This document shows positions 30,701-39,004 of a stretch of 64,000 nucleotides of DNA, piece by piece. The position numbers and the translations under genes were made by a program. Position 1 is the stretch's first letter. Each line of letters opens with the position of its first letter. The stretch is from Candidatus Melainabacteria bacterium (GTDB taxonomy: Bacteria > Cyanobacteriota > Vampirovibrionia > 2-02-FULL-35-15), in contig JACQBQ010000018.1 of assembly GCA_016201905.1 (NCBI GenBank), forward strand, positions 56,667 through 120,666, read 5' to 3'. A model generated the notes under the pieces. The model had not been told where the DNA came from. It was given only the letters and a program-made list of their open reading frames with translations, and did no database searches.

Positions 30701-31072
30701 TTATTCCTTAATTTGCATATTTGCATAAAACCAGACAAAAATTAAATATATTGTTTGGCAAATCGCAAAACCAATAAATAATGCTATCAGGTTAGAATGC
30801 AATTTGTGAACAAGTATTGCGCAAGGCAGGGCTACAATTACAAGCCTAATTGGAAAACCTAAAAGAACAAATATTTTACTATAGCTGCTGGCCTTAATTA
30901 ATTGTGTGTAAGTAAATGATGTGAGCCCACTGATTAGTATTCCTGTCAAAATTGAAAACTCTTTATATATTAAATAAATCAGACTTATTAAACAAGTTAT
31001 ACCTGCTTGTGTGTAAGATATTTTGTTTAACATATCAGTAAAACTAGTTATCTTTATTTTCATTTTTCCCAA
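30701..31072 (-). CDS. atpI: ATP synthase protein I-like membrane protein
   Basis: Four TM segments, directly upstream of atpB. Confidence 0.6.
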   Translation of the reverse strand: MGKMKIKITSFTDMLNKISYTQAGITCLISLIYLIYKEFSILTGILISGLTSFTYTQLIKASSYSKIFVLLGFPIRLVIVALPCAILVHKLHSNLIALFIGFAICQTIYLIFVWFYANMQIKE

Positions 31073-31259
31073 GCTGATTTTTATAAATCTGATTTGATTT
31101 AATTACAAGTCTGGCTAAGCCGAAAATTATTGCTGTGATTCCGAAAATTATTGCTAGTGCTGGACTAGTGTGAAATTTTTTGTCGAGATAGTTCCCAAAT
31201 GTAGCCAGTAGGGCTGTAAGAACAAAAACCCCAAAAATTAAATCATAAAGAAGACCCAT
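31044..31259 (-). CDS. AtpZ/AtpI-family small membrane protein
   Basis: G.YLDKKFHTSP motif, upstream of atpI-atpB. Confidence 0.75.
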   Translation of the reverse strand: MGLLYDLIFGVFVLTALLATFGNYLDKKFHTSPALAIIFGITAIIFGLARLVIKSNQIYKNQLGKNENKDN

Positions 31260-31291
31260 GAGGGCATTATAGCTTAAAATAGTATATTGAA

Positions 31292-33094
31292 ATGCTTAGA
31301 AAATATATATTAATTTATGTTTTATTTTTTCTTTTTACTAATGCTTTGTTTTGCTTTGCGCAGGACGAGAGCTATCCGCAAGATCCAGAGATAGTGAGAT
31401 TAGTAAATGAAGGTATTAAATTGCATAAGGATAAGGATTATTTAGGTGCACTTAAATCTTTTAGTGAAGCACTTTCTATAGAGCCTAATAATGTTCTTGT
31501 CAAACAAAATATAAGTATTGCTCATAATAATTATGGAAAATATTTAGCTGAAAGAACAGACTATGAAAAAGCTTTAAAAGAATTCAGGCTTGCAATTTAT
31601 TATGATTCACAGAACAAAACAGCTGATGCAAATCTGGATGCATTGCTAAAACAAAAAGGCGTTAGGTCTGACGATCCACAAGCAAGAACTCAGATTGGTG
31701 ATAAGTTAAGGGCTGATGCAAATTTTGAACTTGCTTTAATTGAATATCAAAAAGCTCTAAGCTTGTCAAAATCACCAGATCCAAATTTATTGATAAGCAT
31801 TGGAGATATTCATTATATTCTGTACTTAAGGGAAGGGCAAAAAACAAACGATATTGATAAAGCTAACGACTATTATAAAAAGGCACTTGAAATTAAAGAG
31901 ACAGCTAAAGCTCATATAAAAGTGGGCGACGGGTTGTTAGCTTTAAAAGATATTGCCGGTGCGGTACAGCATTATAAACGTGCCCTTGAGCTAGAACCTA
32001 ATTTGCCTGATGCTTTAACAGCAAATATCAGAGGCTGGAATGAAGCGGTTAGACTGGCACCACTAGTCAGTGAAAATCATATTGGTTTAGCAGTAGCCCT
32101 ACAGTTAAAAAAAGATTTTGTCAATGCAGAAGAAGAATACAATCAGGCTTTAAAACTTGATCCAAATAATGAAACAGCCCTTAAAGGGCTGGAATCCCTT
32201 AAAAAGGATAAAGTTAGAGCTCAGGCTGCTCAATATTCGGATAGTGCACTTAAGCTGCAAGTGGAAGAGAAATATGATGAAGCCATTGAACAATATATAA
32301 AAGCGCTTGAAATAAATCCAGGTGATTCAAAGCTTCACTACAATATTGGAACTGCATTCCAGGCAAAAGGAGATTTTGAACATGCCGAAAAAGCATATAG
32401 AAAATCATTAGAAACAGATGCTGCTAATGAAAAAGCAAAAAGTGCTTTAGAGCAGCTAACCAAGCAAATAAATGCTAAAAAAACTCAAGAGCTATCTTCA
32501 AGAGCAGTTGAGTTACAAAAATCTGGAAATTTTCAGGAGGCTATTACTACTTACCTAGCTGCAATTTCTATAGACTCTTCTAATGCATCCCTTCTTTATA
32601 ATCTCGGCACAGCATATCAGGCAGCTGGTGATTTAACAAATGCCCAAACCCAATATCAAAAAGCATTAGACCTGGATAAAAATAATCAAACATATTCTAA
32701 TGCTATAAAGCTTTTAAAGACGGAGCTTGCAAATCCATTAATTCAAAGTGCTGTAAATAAACAATCAAGCAATGATTATGCTGGTGCTGTAGCTGAATAT
32801 ACTAAAGCTCTTGAACTTGTTCCTGATGATGCTCAAACACATTTTAATTTAGCAACTGCATATCAAGCAAATAAACAAACCGATCAAGCCATTCAATCAT
32901 ATTTGAAAGCAGTTGGTCTCGATCCAAAAGGCCAAGTTGATGCATTTTTTTTCTTGGGTACTTTATATGAGGAAAAGAAAAATAATAAGTCTGCAATTGA
33001 AAATTATCAAAAATACATACAAAATGCTCCTACAGGTTCGTATGCTAAAGATGCAAAGGAAAGAACGGCTTATTTAAAGACACAGAAGCAGTAA
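31292..33094 (+). CDS. Secreted tetratricopeptide repeat protein
   Basis: Signal peptide and many A...Y.KALEL.P TPR units. Confidence 0.9.
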   Translation: MLRKYILIYVLFFLFTNALFCFAQDESYPQDPEIVRLVNEGIKLHKDKDYLGALKSFSEALSIEPNNVLVKQNISIAHNNYGKYLAERTDYEKALKEFRLAIYYDSQNKTADANLDALLKQKGVRSDDPQARTQIGDKLRADANFELALIEYQKALSLSKSPDPNLLISIGDIHYILYLREGQKTNDIDKANDYYKKALEIKETAKAHIKVGDGLLALKDIAGAVQHYKRALELEPNLPDALTANIRGWNEAVRLAPLVSENHIGLAVALQLKKDFVNAEEEYNQALKLDPNNETALKGLESLKKDKVRAQAAQYSDSALKLQVEEKYDEAIEQYIKALEINPGDSKLHYNIGTAFQAKGDFEHAEKAYRKSLETDAANEKAKSALEQLTKQINAKKTQELSSRAVELQKSGNFQEAITTYLAAISIDSSNASLLYNLGTAYQAAGDLTNAQTQYQKALDLDKNNQTYSNAIKLLKTELANPLIQSAVNKQSSNDYAGAVAEYTKALELVPDDAQTHFNLATAYQANKQTDQAIQSYLKAVGLDPKGQVDAFFFLGTLYEEKKNNKSAIENYQKYIQNAPTGSYAKDAKERTAYLKTQKQ

Positions 33095-33110
33095 CGCTAT
33101 AATTAACTTT

Positions 33111-34205
33111 ATGACTTATCTTGTTTCAAATCCTAAATATAAAAGACGAAAATCAAAAAGACTTTTTGTTGGTTCTGTTCCAATTGGTGGTGATGCACCA
33201 GTAGTAATCCAGTCAATGACTACGACAGATACAAGGGATGCTGAATCTACATTAAGACAGATAAATGAACTTTATGATGCTGGTTGTGAAATAGTTCGAG
33301 TTGCAGTTCCTGATAAAGAAGCTGCAGCTAGGCTTGGTGAAATAAAAAATAAATCTCCTATTCCTGTAATTTCTGATATTCATTTTGACTGGCGTCTTGC
33401 CCTTGAAGCAATTAGACAGGGCGTTGATGCTCTTCGCTTAAATCCTGGAAATATTGGAGAACATAGTCGTGTAAGAGAAGTAGTAAGTGCTGCTAAAGAA
33501 AGAAAGATTCCTATAAGAATTGGAGTAAATGCTGGTTCGCTTGATGCAAAATGGGGTTCTACTTATGGTGCTGATAGAGTTCATGAAGCAATGGTGGCTA
33601 GTGCTCTTGAGCATGTAAAAATTTTAGAAGACCTGGACTTTGATTTGATAAAAATTTCCTTAAAAGCATCGGATGTTCCGGTAATGCTAGAAGCTTATCG
33701 TCTCATGGCAGAAAAAGTTGATTATCCCCTTCACCTTGGTGTTACAGAAGCAGGAACTCCAAAAGGTGGTACGATTAAATCATCAGTAGGTATTGGAACG
33801 CTTTTAGCTGAAGGGCTTGGAGACACTATCAGAGTGTCTTTAACAGGGGATCCTGTCAATGAGATTGAAGTTGCAAAGGGTATTTTAAAATCTCTTGGCT
33901 TAAAACATGAAGGATTAAATTTGGTTAGTTGTCCAAGTTGTGGCCGTATGGAATTAAATGGTTTTGAAGAAATGGCTAAAACAATTGAAGAAAAATTAAA
34001 AAAATTAAAAAAACCAATTACTGTTGCTGTTATGGGCTGTGTAGTAAATGGTCCGGGGGAATCAAAAGCAGCAGATATTGGTATTGCTGGCGGTAATGGC
34101 AAAGGAGTAATTTATAAGAAAGGTGAAGTGTTTAAAGTATTACCTGAAGAAAAACTGCTGGATACTTTGCTAGAAGAAATAGATAAGATGGTTGTAGAGG
34201 CTTGA
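33111..34205 (+). CDS. ispG: HMBPP synthase
   Basis: QSMT.TDT, DIHF, RLNPGN, YPLHLGVTEAG, SCPSCGR, MGCVVNGPGE. Confidence 0.97.
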   Translation: MTYLVSNPKYKRRKSKRLFVGSVPIGGDAPVVIQSMTTTDTRDAESTLRQINELYDAGCEIVRVAVPDKEAAARLGEIKNKSPIPVISDIHFDWRLALEAIRQGVDALRLNPGNIGEHSRVREVVSAAKERKIPIRIGVNAGSLDAKWGSTYGADRVHEAMVASALEHVKILEDLDFDLIKISLKASDVPVMLEAYRLMAEKVDYPLHLGVTEAGTPKGGTIKSSVGIGTLLAEGLGDTIRVSLTGDPVNEIEVAKGILKSLGLKHEGLNLVSCPSCGRMELNGFEEMAKTIEEKLKKLKKPITVAVMGCVVNGPGESKAADIGIAGGNGKGVIYKKGEVFKVLPEEKLLDTLLEEIDKMVVEA

Positions 34206-34304
34206 TATATCAAGTCTTCAAGTTGTATTACATTGAACAATTTAATTTTTTTAGGTATTATTAAATACTCTGAAACAAGTAAAGAAGTTTAAGATTGTTT
34301 GAGA

Positions 34305-34400
34305 TAAGTAGACTGAGCGAAGGATGAGTCCACTGCGGTGAGCAATATCCTGAGCGTCGGGAAGGAAAAGGAAAAATCATGTTTGATCCATGATTTTTCC
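34305..34400 (+). ncRNA. Candidate structured RNA motif A, copy 1 (5' of rpmE)
   Basis: AGCGAAG-stem-GGTGA loop-stem-TGAGCGT..GGAAGGAAAAGGAAAA-hairpin; aligns with 36771-36862. Confidence 0.6.
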
Positions 34401-34411
34401 GGTATAAAAAA

Positions 34412-34615
34412 ATGAAAGAGAAAATACACCCACAATATCACAGGCTAGTTGCTACATGTATCTGTGGCAATGAAATCGAAATTGGTTCTACAAGAGCAGA
34501 AATAAGAGTAGAAATTTGTAGCGCATGTCACCCTTTCTATACAGGTACGCAAAAAATCCTTGATTCAGAAGGTCGTGTTGATAGATTCCAAAAGCGTTAC
34601 GGTACAAAGAAATAA
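34412..34615 (+). CDS. rpmE: 50S ribosomal protein L31 (Zn-binding type)
   Basis: MK..IHP.Y, CICG, CSACHPFYTG. Confidence 0.96.
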   Translation: MKEKIHPQYHRLVATCICGNEIEIGSTRAEIRVEICSACHPFYTGTQKILDSEGRVDRFQKRYGTKK

Positions 34616-34624
34616 ATTTTCCAT

Positions 34625-34900
34625 TTGAAACAAAAATCAAAAGTAGAAATATATACTTGGGATCATTGTCCTTATTGTCAAAAGACAATTCAACTTTTTG
34701 ATAATAAAGGCATTAAGTATACCCGGTACAGAATAGATGGGGATGAAGTAGCAAGAGAAAAGATGTCTATCAGGGCAGGTGGTAGAAAGACTGTTCCACA
34801 GGTATTTGTTGATGATAAGCATATTGGTGGTTGTGATGATACTCATGTGCTAGACAGTAAGGGTGAACTAGATAAGTTAATCTTTGAAAAGGCAACTTAA
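34625..34900 (+). CDS. grxC: Glutaredoxin 3
   Basis: CPYC, TVPQVF, IGGCDD. Confidence 0.9.
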   Translation: MKQKSKVEIYTWDHCPYCQKTIQLFDNKGIKYTRYRIDGDEVAREKMSIRAGGRKTVPQVFVDDKHIGGCDDTHVLDSKGELDKLIFEKAT

Positions 34901-34917
34901 TTTTAAAAATTAGAAAA

Positions 34918-35745
34918 ATGAAAAAAAGCTTCGGACAGCATTTATTGACTGATAAAAATTACTTAAAAAAAATTCTTAATGAAATGGATTTAAAACGAGA
35001 TGATAGTGTCTTAGAAATTGGTTCTGGGACTGGTCTTTTAACTTGTCTTTTGGCTCAGAATTCAAAAAAAGTTTTTGCTGTTGAACCTGAAAAAGGTATT
35101 TTGAAAAAACTGAAAGAAAATCTTGCGGTAAACAATGTAAAAAATGTTGAAATTGTTGAAGCTGATTTCTTAGATTTGGATTTAACTGAAATGTTAAATA
35201 GTTCGGGTATTGTTGTAGGTAATATTCCATACAATATTACTTCAAAAATATTGATTAAATTGTTTGGTGAGATTGATAAGCCTGTACCTCATATAGGATT
35301 ATTAAAGAGAGTATATTTAATGCTGCAATATGAAGTAGCTAAGCGAATTGTTTCAAGTCCCAATACAAAAGACTATAGTCCTTTAACATTATTAGTTCAG
35401 TATTTTTCCTGTCCTAAAATATTATTTAAAGTTCCAAGAGGTGTATTTTACCCTGTGCCAAGGGTTGACTCAGCTTTTGTGAGATTAGACATTAAAAAAA
35501 ATCTTCAAACGATTAAAAATCCTTCATTGTTGAAAAATGTAATTAGAATTAGTTTCCAGCAAAGGAGAAAAAAAGTTATTAATGCTTTAAGCAAACTATG
35601 TGAGAATAAGGACCTTTTGGGAGAAATTTTTACTAAGCTGCACTTAGATCATAATTTAAGAGCAGAGAACCTTGAGTTTGAAAAGTTTTTAGCTATATCA
35701 GATATTTTAGACGTCAGTAATTACAGACATGCCTCGATTTTTTAA
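34918..35745 (+). CDS. rsmA: 16S rRNA adenine dimethyltransferase
   Basis: KKSFGQH.L, EIGSGTG.LT, GNIPYNIT, P.VDSA. Confidence 0.95.
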   Translation: MKKSFGQHLLTDKNYLKKILNEMDLKRDDSVLEIGSGTGLLTCLLAQNSKKVFAVEPEKGILKKLKENLAVNNVKNVEIVEADFLDLDLTEMLNSSGIVVGNIPYNITSKILIKLFGEIDKPVPHIGLLKRVYLMLQYEVAKRIVSSPNTKDYSPLTLLVQYFSCPKILFKVPRGVFYPVPRVDSAFVRLDIKKNLQTIKNPSLLKNVIRISFQQRRKKVINALSKLCENKDLLGEIFTKLHLDHNLRAENLEFEKFLAISDILDVSNYRHASIF

Positions 35746-35997
35746 GCCAATAGCGTTGTATAATTCTAATTCTCTTATTTTCTTTTCTGCATTTATTATT
35801 GCTTGTGCTATGTTAAGTGCATCTTGTGCTTTTTCTTGAACAGTGCGTCTTGGATCGGACAATTTTTTCTTGGCTTCATCCATGTATTCATCTGTTGCTT
35901 CTTGAACAATAAATAAAACCTGTTTTAACTTTTCAGGATCTTTTAGAACCTTGCTTGCTTGATTGTCTTTTGCAAAATGTTTTAATAGTTTTGACAT
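35707..35997 (-). CDS. Hypothetical helical protein, possibly FlgN-like chaperone
   Basis: Follows the FlgM-like gene; C-terminal LYNAIG...DV pattern (weak). Confidence 0.35.
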   Translation of the reverse strand: MSKLLKHFAKDNQASKVLKDPEKLKQVLFIVQEATDEYMDEAKKKLSDPRRTVQEKAQDALNIAQAIINAEKKIRELELYNAIGLKNRGMSVITDV

Positions 35998-36003
35998 TGA
36001 TTT

Positions 36004-36504
36004 TTATACGTTGCCTCCTATGAATGCTTCTATAATTCTTGCTGCGACATCAACTGTATCTGGATCGAAATTTTTATTTCTAGAATATCTATTGCGAATA
36101 TTTGTTGCTATTTGTGCAGCAGCACCAGTAATGCTTCCTTCTCTGTGAGCGCGGGTAGATGAAGTTGCAGCTTGGCTCAATATCTGTACTTGTTTTGGAG
36201 CAAGGTTGACTTGTTGGTTTGTTGAGGCTTCAAAACCTGCTTCAAATATTAACCTTGCAGTGTCTCCTATTAAACTTCTAGCGGCATTTATAACTCTTAT
36301 TATTATGTCTGCAGTAGTTGTGCGTGTAGGTGTAGGTGTAGGTGGTGCTTGTCTTGTTACCTGAGTTTCCGCATCTTTTTCTTCTGTAGTTTGTGGATGA
36401 GTCTCTGCTCTTTTAGTTTTTTCTTGTTGCTTAATATTACGAACTTGCTGGGCCGCCAGAGCACGTGCAGCATTTGATAATGGATTGTTCGGATTTACTG
36501 GCAT
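36004..36504 (-). CDS. Hypothetical protein, possibly FlgM-like anti-sigma factor
   Basis: Disordered N-terminus; C-terminal VNL...QILSQA...AQIA.NI..RY......VAARII pattern; divergent from flhB-fliA. Confidence 0.45.
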   Translation of the reverse strand: MPVNPNNPLSNAARALAAQQVRNIKQQEKTKRAETHPQTTEEKDAETQVTRQAPPTPTPTRTTTADIIIRVINAARSLIGDTARLIFEAGFEASTNQQVNLAPKQVQILSQAATSSTRAHREGSITGAAAQIATNIRNRYSRNKNFDPDTVDVAARIIEAFIGGNV

Positions 36505-36770
36505 AAAAAAGTAGAGTACTTAAGGAACCTCTTTCTCCTTATAGCCGTACAGTTTAGTGGTTTAGACTAAGAATTGGTAAAGAAGTGTAATTGTAAAAAT
36601 ATTTTAGGTCTAACCCTTGATTTAAAGCAGAGTTCTAATGTTTTCTAACTTTAGATATATTTTTTAATTTATTGTGAATAATTAAGATGAGATTAAACAT
36701 AGTTATGATTTAACCAAACGCTATCTTTTATTGGTTAGTTTATAGGATAAATGGACATAGATAAATTATA

Positions 36771-36958
36771 AAGCAAATAAGCGAAGAATATTCTGGTGAG
36801 GAATATTCTGAGCGTTAGGAAGGAAAAGGAAAAGGAAAAGTCTTGTGAGAACTAAACTTTTTAATGAAGCGAGTCTTGATCCAATTTATTTAGGCAAGCC
36901 GAGTGCTTTGTGGAAAGCTGGTTCGAGGAGCAACGTCACCGCAGAACCAGCGGAGTAA
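36771..36958 (+). ncRNA. Tandem RNA motifs A (36771-36862) + B (36862-36958) forming the flhB leader
   Basis: Both halves have separate homologs in this window; the last stem ends immediately before the GGAG SD of flhB. Confidence 0.65.
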
Positions 36959-36963
36959 AAAAC

Positions 36964-38043
36964 ATGGCTGATCAAGAAGCCGGTGATAAGCAGTTTGATG
37001 CTACACCGCATAAATTAAGAGAAGCTCAAAAAAAAGGACAGGTTTTTAAAAGCAAAGACCTTACTCAGCTTGTTACTTTTATTGTTGGTTTTTTTATGAT
37101 TTATTACAATGTGGGTTTTATTTGGGAAAACTTTGCAAGATTATTTAACACTCTTTGGAGAGAGATTCCTCATAAATCGCTTTCAGCAATTGGTGGTGGA
37201 TATATTTTTTATGAAAGTTGGCATTGTATAGTTGTTATTATTGTCCCGTTGTTACTGGCTCTTTTGGCAACAGCGCTTGTGGTGGAGTTTTTCCAAGTCG
37301 GACCAATTTTCACGACTGAAACTATGAAATTTGATCTTGCTAAGCTTAATCCATTTGAAGGTTTTAAAAAGGTTATTTTCAATGTCAGATCATTGTTTGA
37401 ATTAGTTAAGTCTGTTTTTAAAGTAAGTGTTTTAGGATACATTGCATTCTTAAGTTTAAAGAGATATATGCCTGAACTTTTGGGTCTTGTTGAAGTAAAT
37501 AACAGGTTTGCTTCAATCGCAATACTAGGAAAAGTATTTTATGATTTTGCAGTTAAAAGTGTAATCTTTTTGTTGATCATATCAATCCTTGATTATCTCT
37601 TTCAAAGATGGAGATATATGAATGATCAAAAAATGACATTTAAAGAATTAAAGGATGAATTTAAACAAACTGAAGGTGATCCTTTGGTTAAATCTATGAG
37701 ACGTCAGAGACAGCAACAAATTGCCTATGGTCAAATGATGGCGCAAGTTAAAGAAGCAGATTTTGTTGTGAAAAATCCAGATCATATTGCTATGGCATTA
37801 AAATATGATTCACAGATGAATCAAGCACCAAAAGTTTTAGCTAAAGGGTCGGAGTTGATTGCTGAGCAGATAATTGAGATTGCAAAAGAATACGGAATTC
37901 CTATTGTAGAAAATATACCATTGGCCAGGGCATTGTTTCGCCTTGTCAGGGTTAATCAGGAAATCCCAGCTGAGCTTTACAGAGCTGTAGCTGAGGTGCT
38001 TCTATTTGTCTATCAATTGCGTGGGAAGGAGCAGTTTCGTTAA
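36964..38043 (+). CDS. flhB: Type III/flagellar export switch protein FlhB (SctU)
   Basis: K...AT.HKL.EA.KKGQV.KS, K.NP..G, EGDP..K, NPDH cleavage site, P.V.AKG, ELY.AVAEVL. ATG at 36964 follows a GGAG SD. Confidence 0.93.
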   Translation: MADQEAGDKQFDATPHKLREAQKKGQVFKSKDLTQLVTFIVGFFMIYYNVGFIWENFARLFNTLWREIPHKSLSAIGGGYIFYESWHCIVVIIVPLLLALLATALVVEFFQVGPIFTTETMKFDLAKLNPFEGFKKVIFNVRSLFELVKSVFKVSVLGYIAFLSLKRYMPELLGLVEVNNRFASIAILGKVFYDFAVKSVIFLLIISILDYLFQRWRYMNDQKMTFKELKDEFKQTEGDPLVKSMRRQRQQQIAYGQMMAQVKEADFVVKNPDHIAMALKYDSQMNQAPKVLAKGSELIAEQIIEIAKEYGIPIVENIPLARALFRLVRVNQEIPAELYRAVAEVLLFVYQLRGKEQFR

Positions 38044-38211
38044 AATCAAGCTGACATTTAGAATTTCTTATCTTGAATTAGATAAAAAATTTAAATAGAG
38101 CAACTAATTAAGCAAATGAAGTATTATTTAAAATTAGGCGTAAATAAAATGCCAGAGCAGGGTATTAATTTATAAAGAAGAGAGCAAGAGCTTTTTTCTA
38201 AATATAAAAGA

Positions 38212-38988
38212 ATGAAAGCAAGCGAAGAAAAATATAAAAAAAATAAAAGAGTAGAGAAGGAAAGTCTGACTTTGGGAAAAGAAAAGCCTCCTGTATCTAC
38301 TAAAGATCTTTTCATTGGTCCAGGCACAGGTACTAGTGAAGAAATTCTAAAGCAATACTTGCCAATAATAGAAATGGTCGTAAAAAAAGAATATAAAACA
38401 ATACCATCTTATCTGGCTGAGTATAGTGAATTAATTAATATTGGATTACTTTCAGTAAACAAGCTTCTTAAAGAAGCAGAAAAAAATAATAAGACTTATA
38501 ATTCTAGCTACATTGCACAAGCAGTAAAGTGGGCAATTAAAGATGAACTGCGTTCTAAGTACAACTGGTATGGGGTTAAGCAGACACAAGCTAAAGAAAA
38601 AAGTTTTGAGAATGATACCGATGCTTATCCAAAGGAAATTGCTAGTGAGGGTGACTTGGGTAGCATGACCGAAGAAGAAGCTACTGAAAAAGTATTTGAA
38701 ACAATTTTGTATCTGGATGATTTTACGAGAGAAACGGTCTCTCAGGATCAGTTGACTACTGATGAGCTTGCAAAATTAGAACTTATGGAACTTAAAGCGG
38801 CTGTAAAAAGAGCTATTGACAAGCTGCCTCCAAAGCATAAGAAAGTAATTGAGCTGCGTTTCTATGAAGGTAAGCGAGGAAATGATATTGCATCCTGGCT
38901 TGGAGTGACACCATCAAGGGTTTCACATATGATTCAGGATGCTATAGAAAAAGTTCGACAGTCCTTGTTAAGTGAAGGCTTTAGCTAA
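38212..38988 (+). CDS. Divergent sigma-70 factor, FliA/WhiG-like
   Basis: YLPII, AI.DELR, region 4 LP..HKKVIELRFYE....DIA..LGVTPSRVSH; true start uncertain (see findings). Confidence 0.75.
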   Translation: MKASEEKYKKNKRVEKESLTLGKEKPPVSTKDLFIGPGTGTSEEILKQYLPIIEMVVKKEYKTIPSYLAEYSELINIGLLSVNKLLKEAEKNNKTYNSSYIAQAVKWAIKDELRSKYNWYGVKQTQAKEKSFENDTDAYPKEIASEGDLGSMTEEEATEKVFETILYLDDFTRETVSQDQLTTDELAKLELMELKAAVKRAIDKLPPKHKKVIELRFYEGKRGNDIASWLGVTPSRVSHMIQDAIEKVRQSLLSEGFS

Positions 38989-39004
38989 TTAACGAAAATC
39001 AAAA

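Noticed and set aside
34327-34366. CCACTG...GGGAAGG resembling part of a cobalamin riboswitch
   Set aside because: No B12 box or other core elements, and the homologous copy at 36771 lacks CCACTG
34526-34533. GTCACC inside rpmE as a cis partner for the module A loop
   Set aside because: It is largely forced by the conserved Cys-His-Pro codons
36910-36963. ORF-track N-terminal extension of FlhB
   Set aside because: It overlaps RNA module B; ATG 36964 has a proper SD
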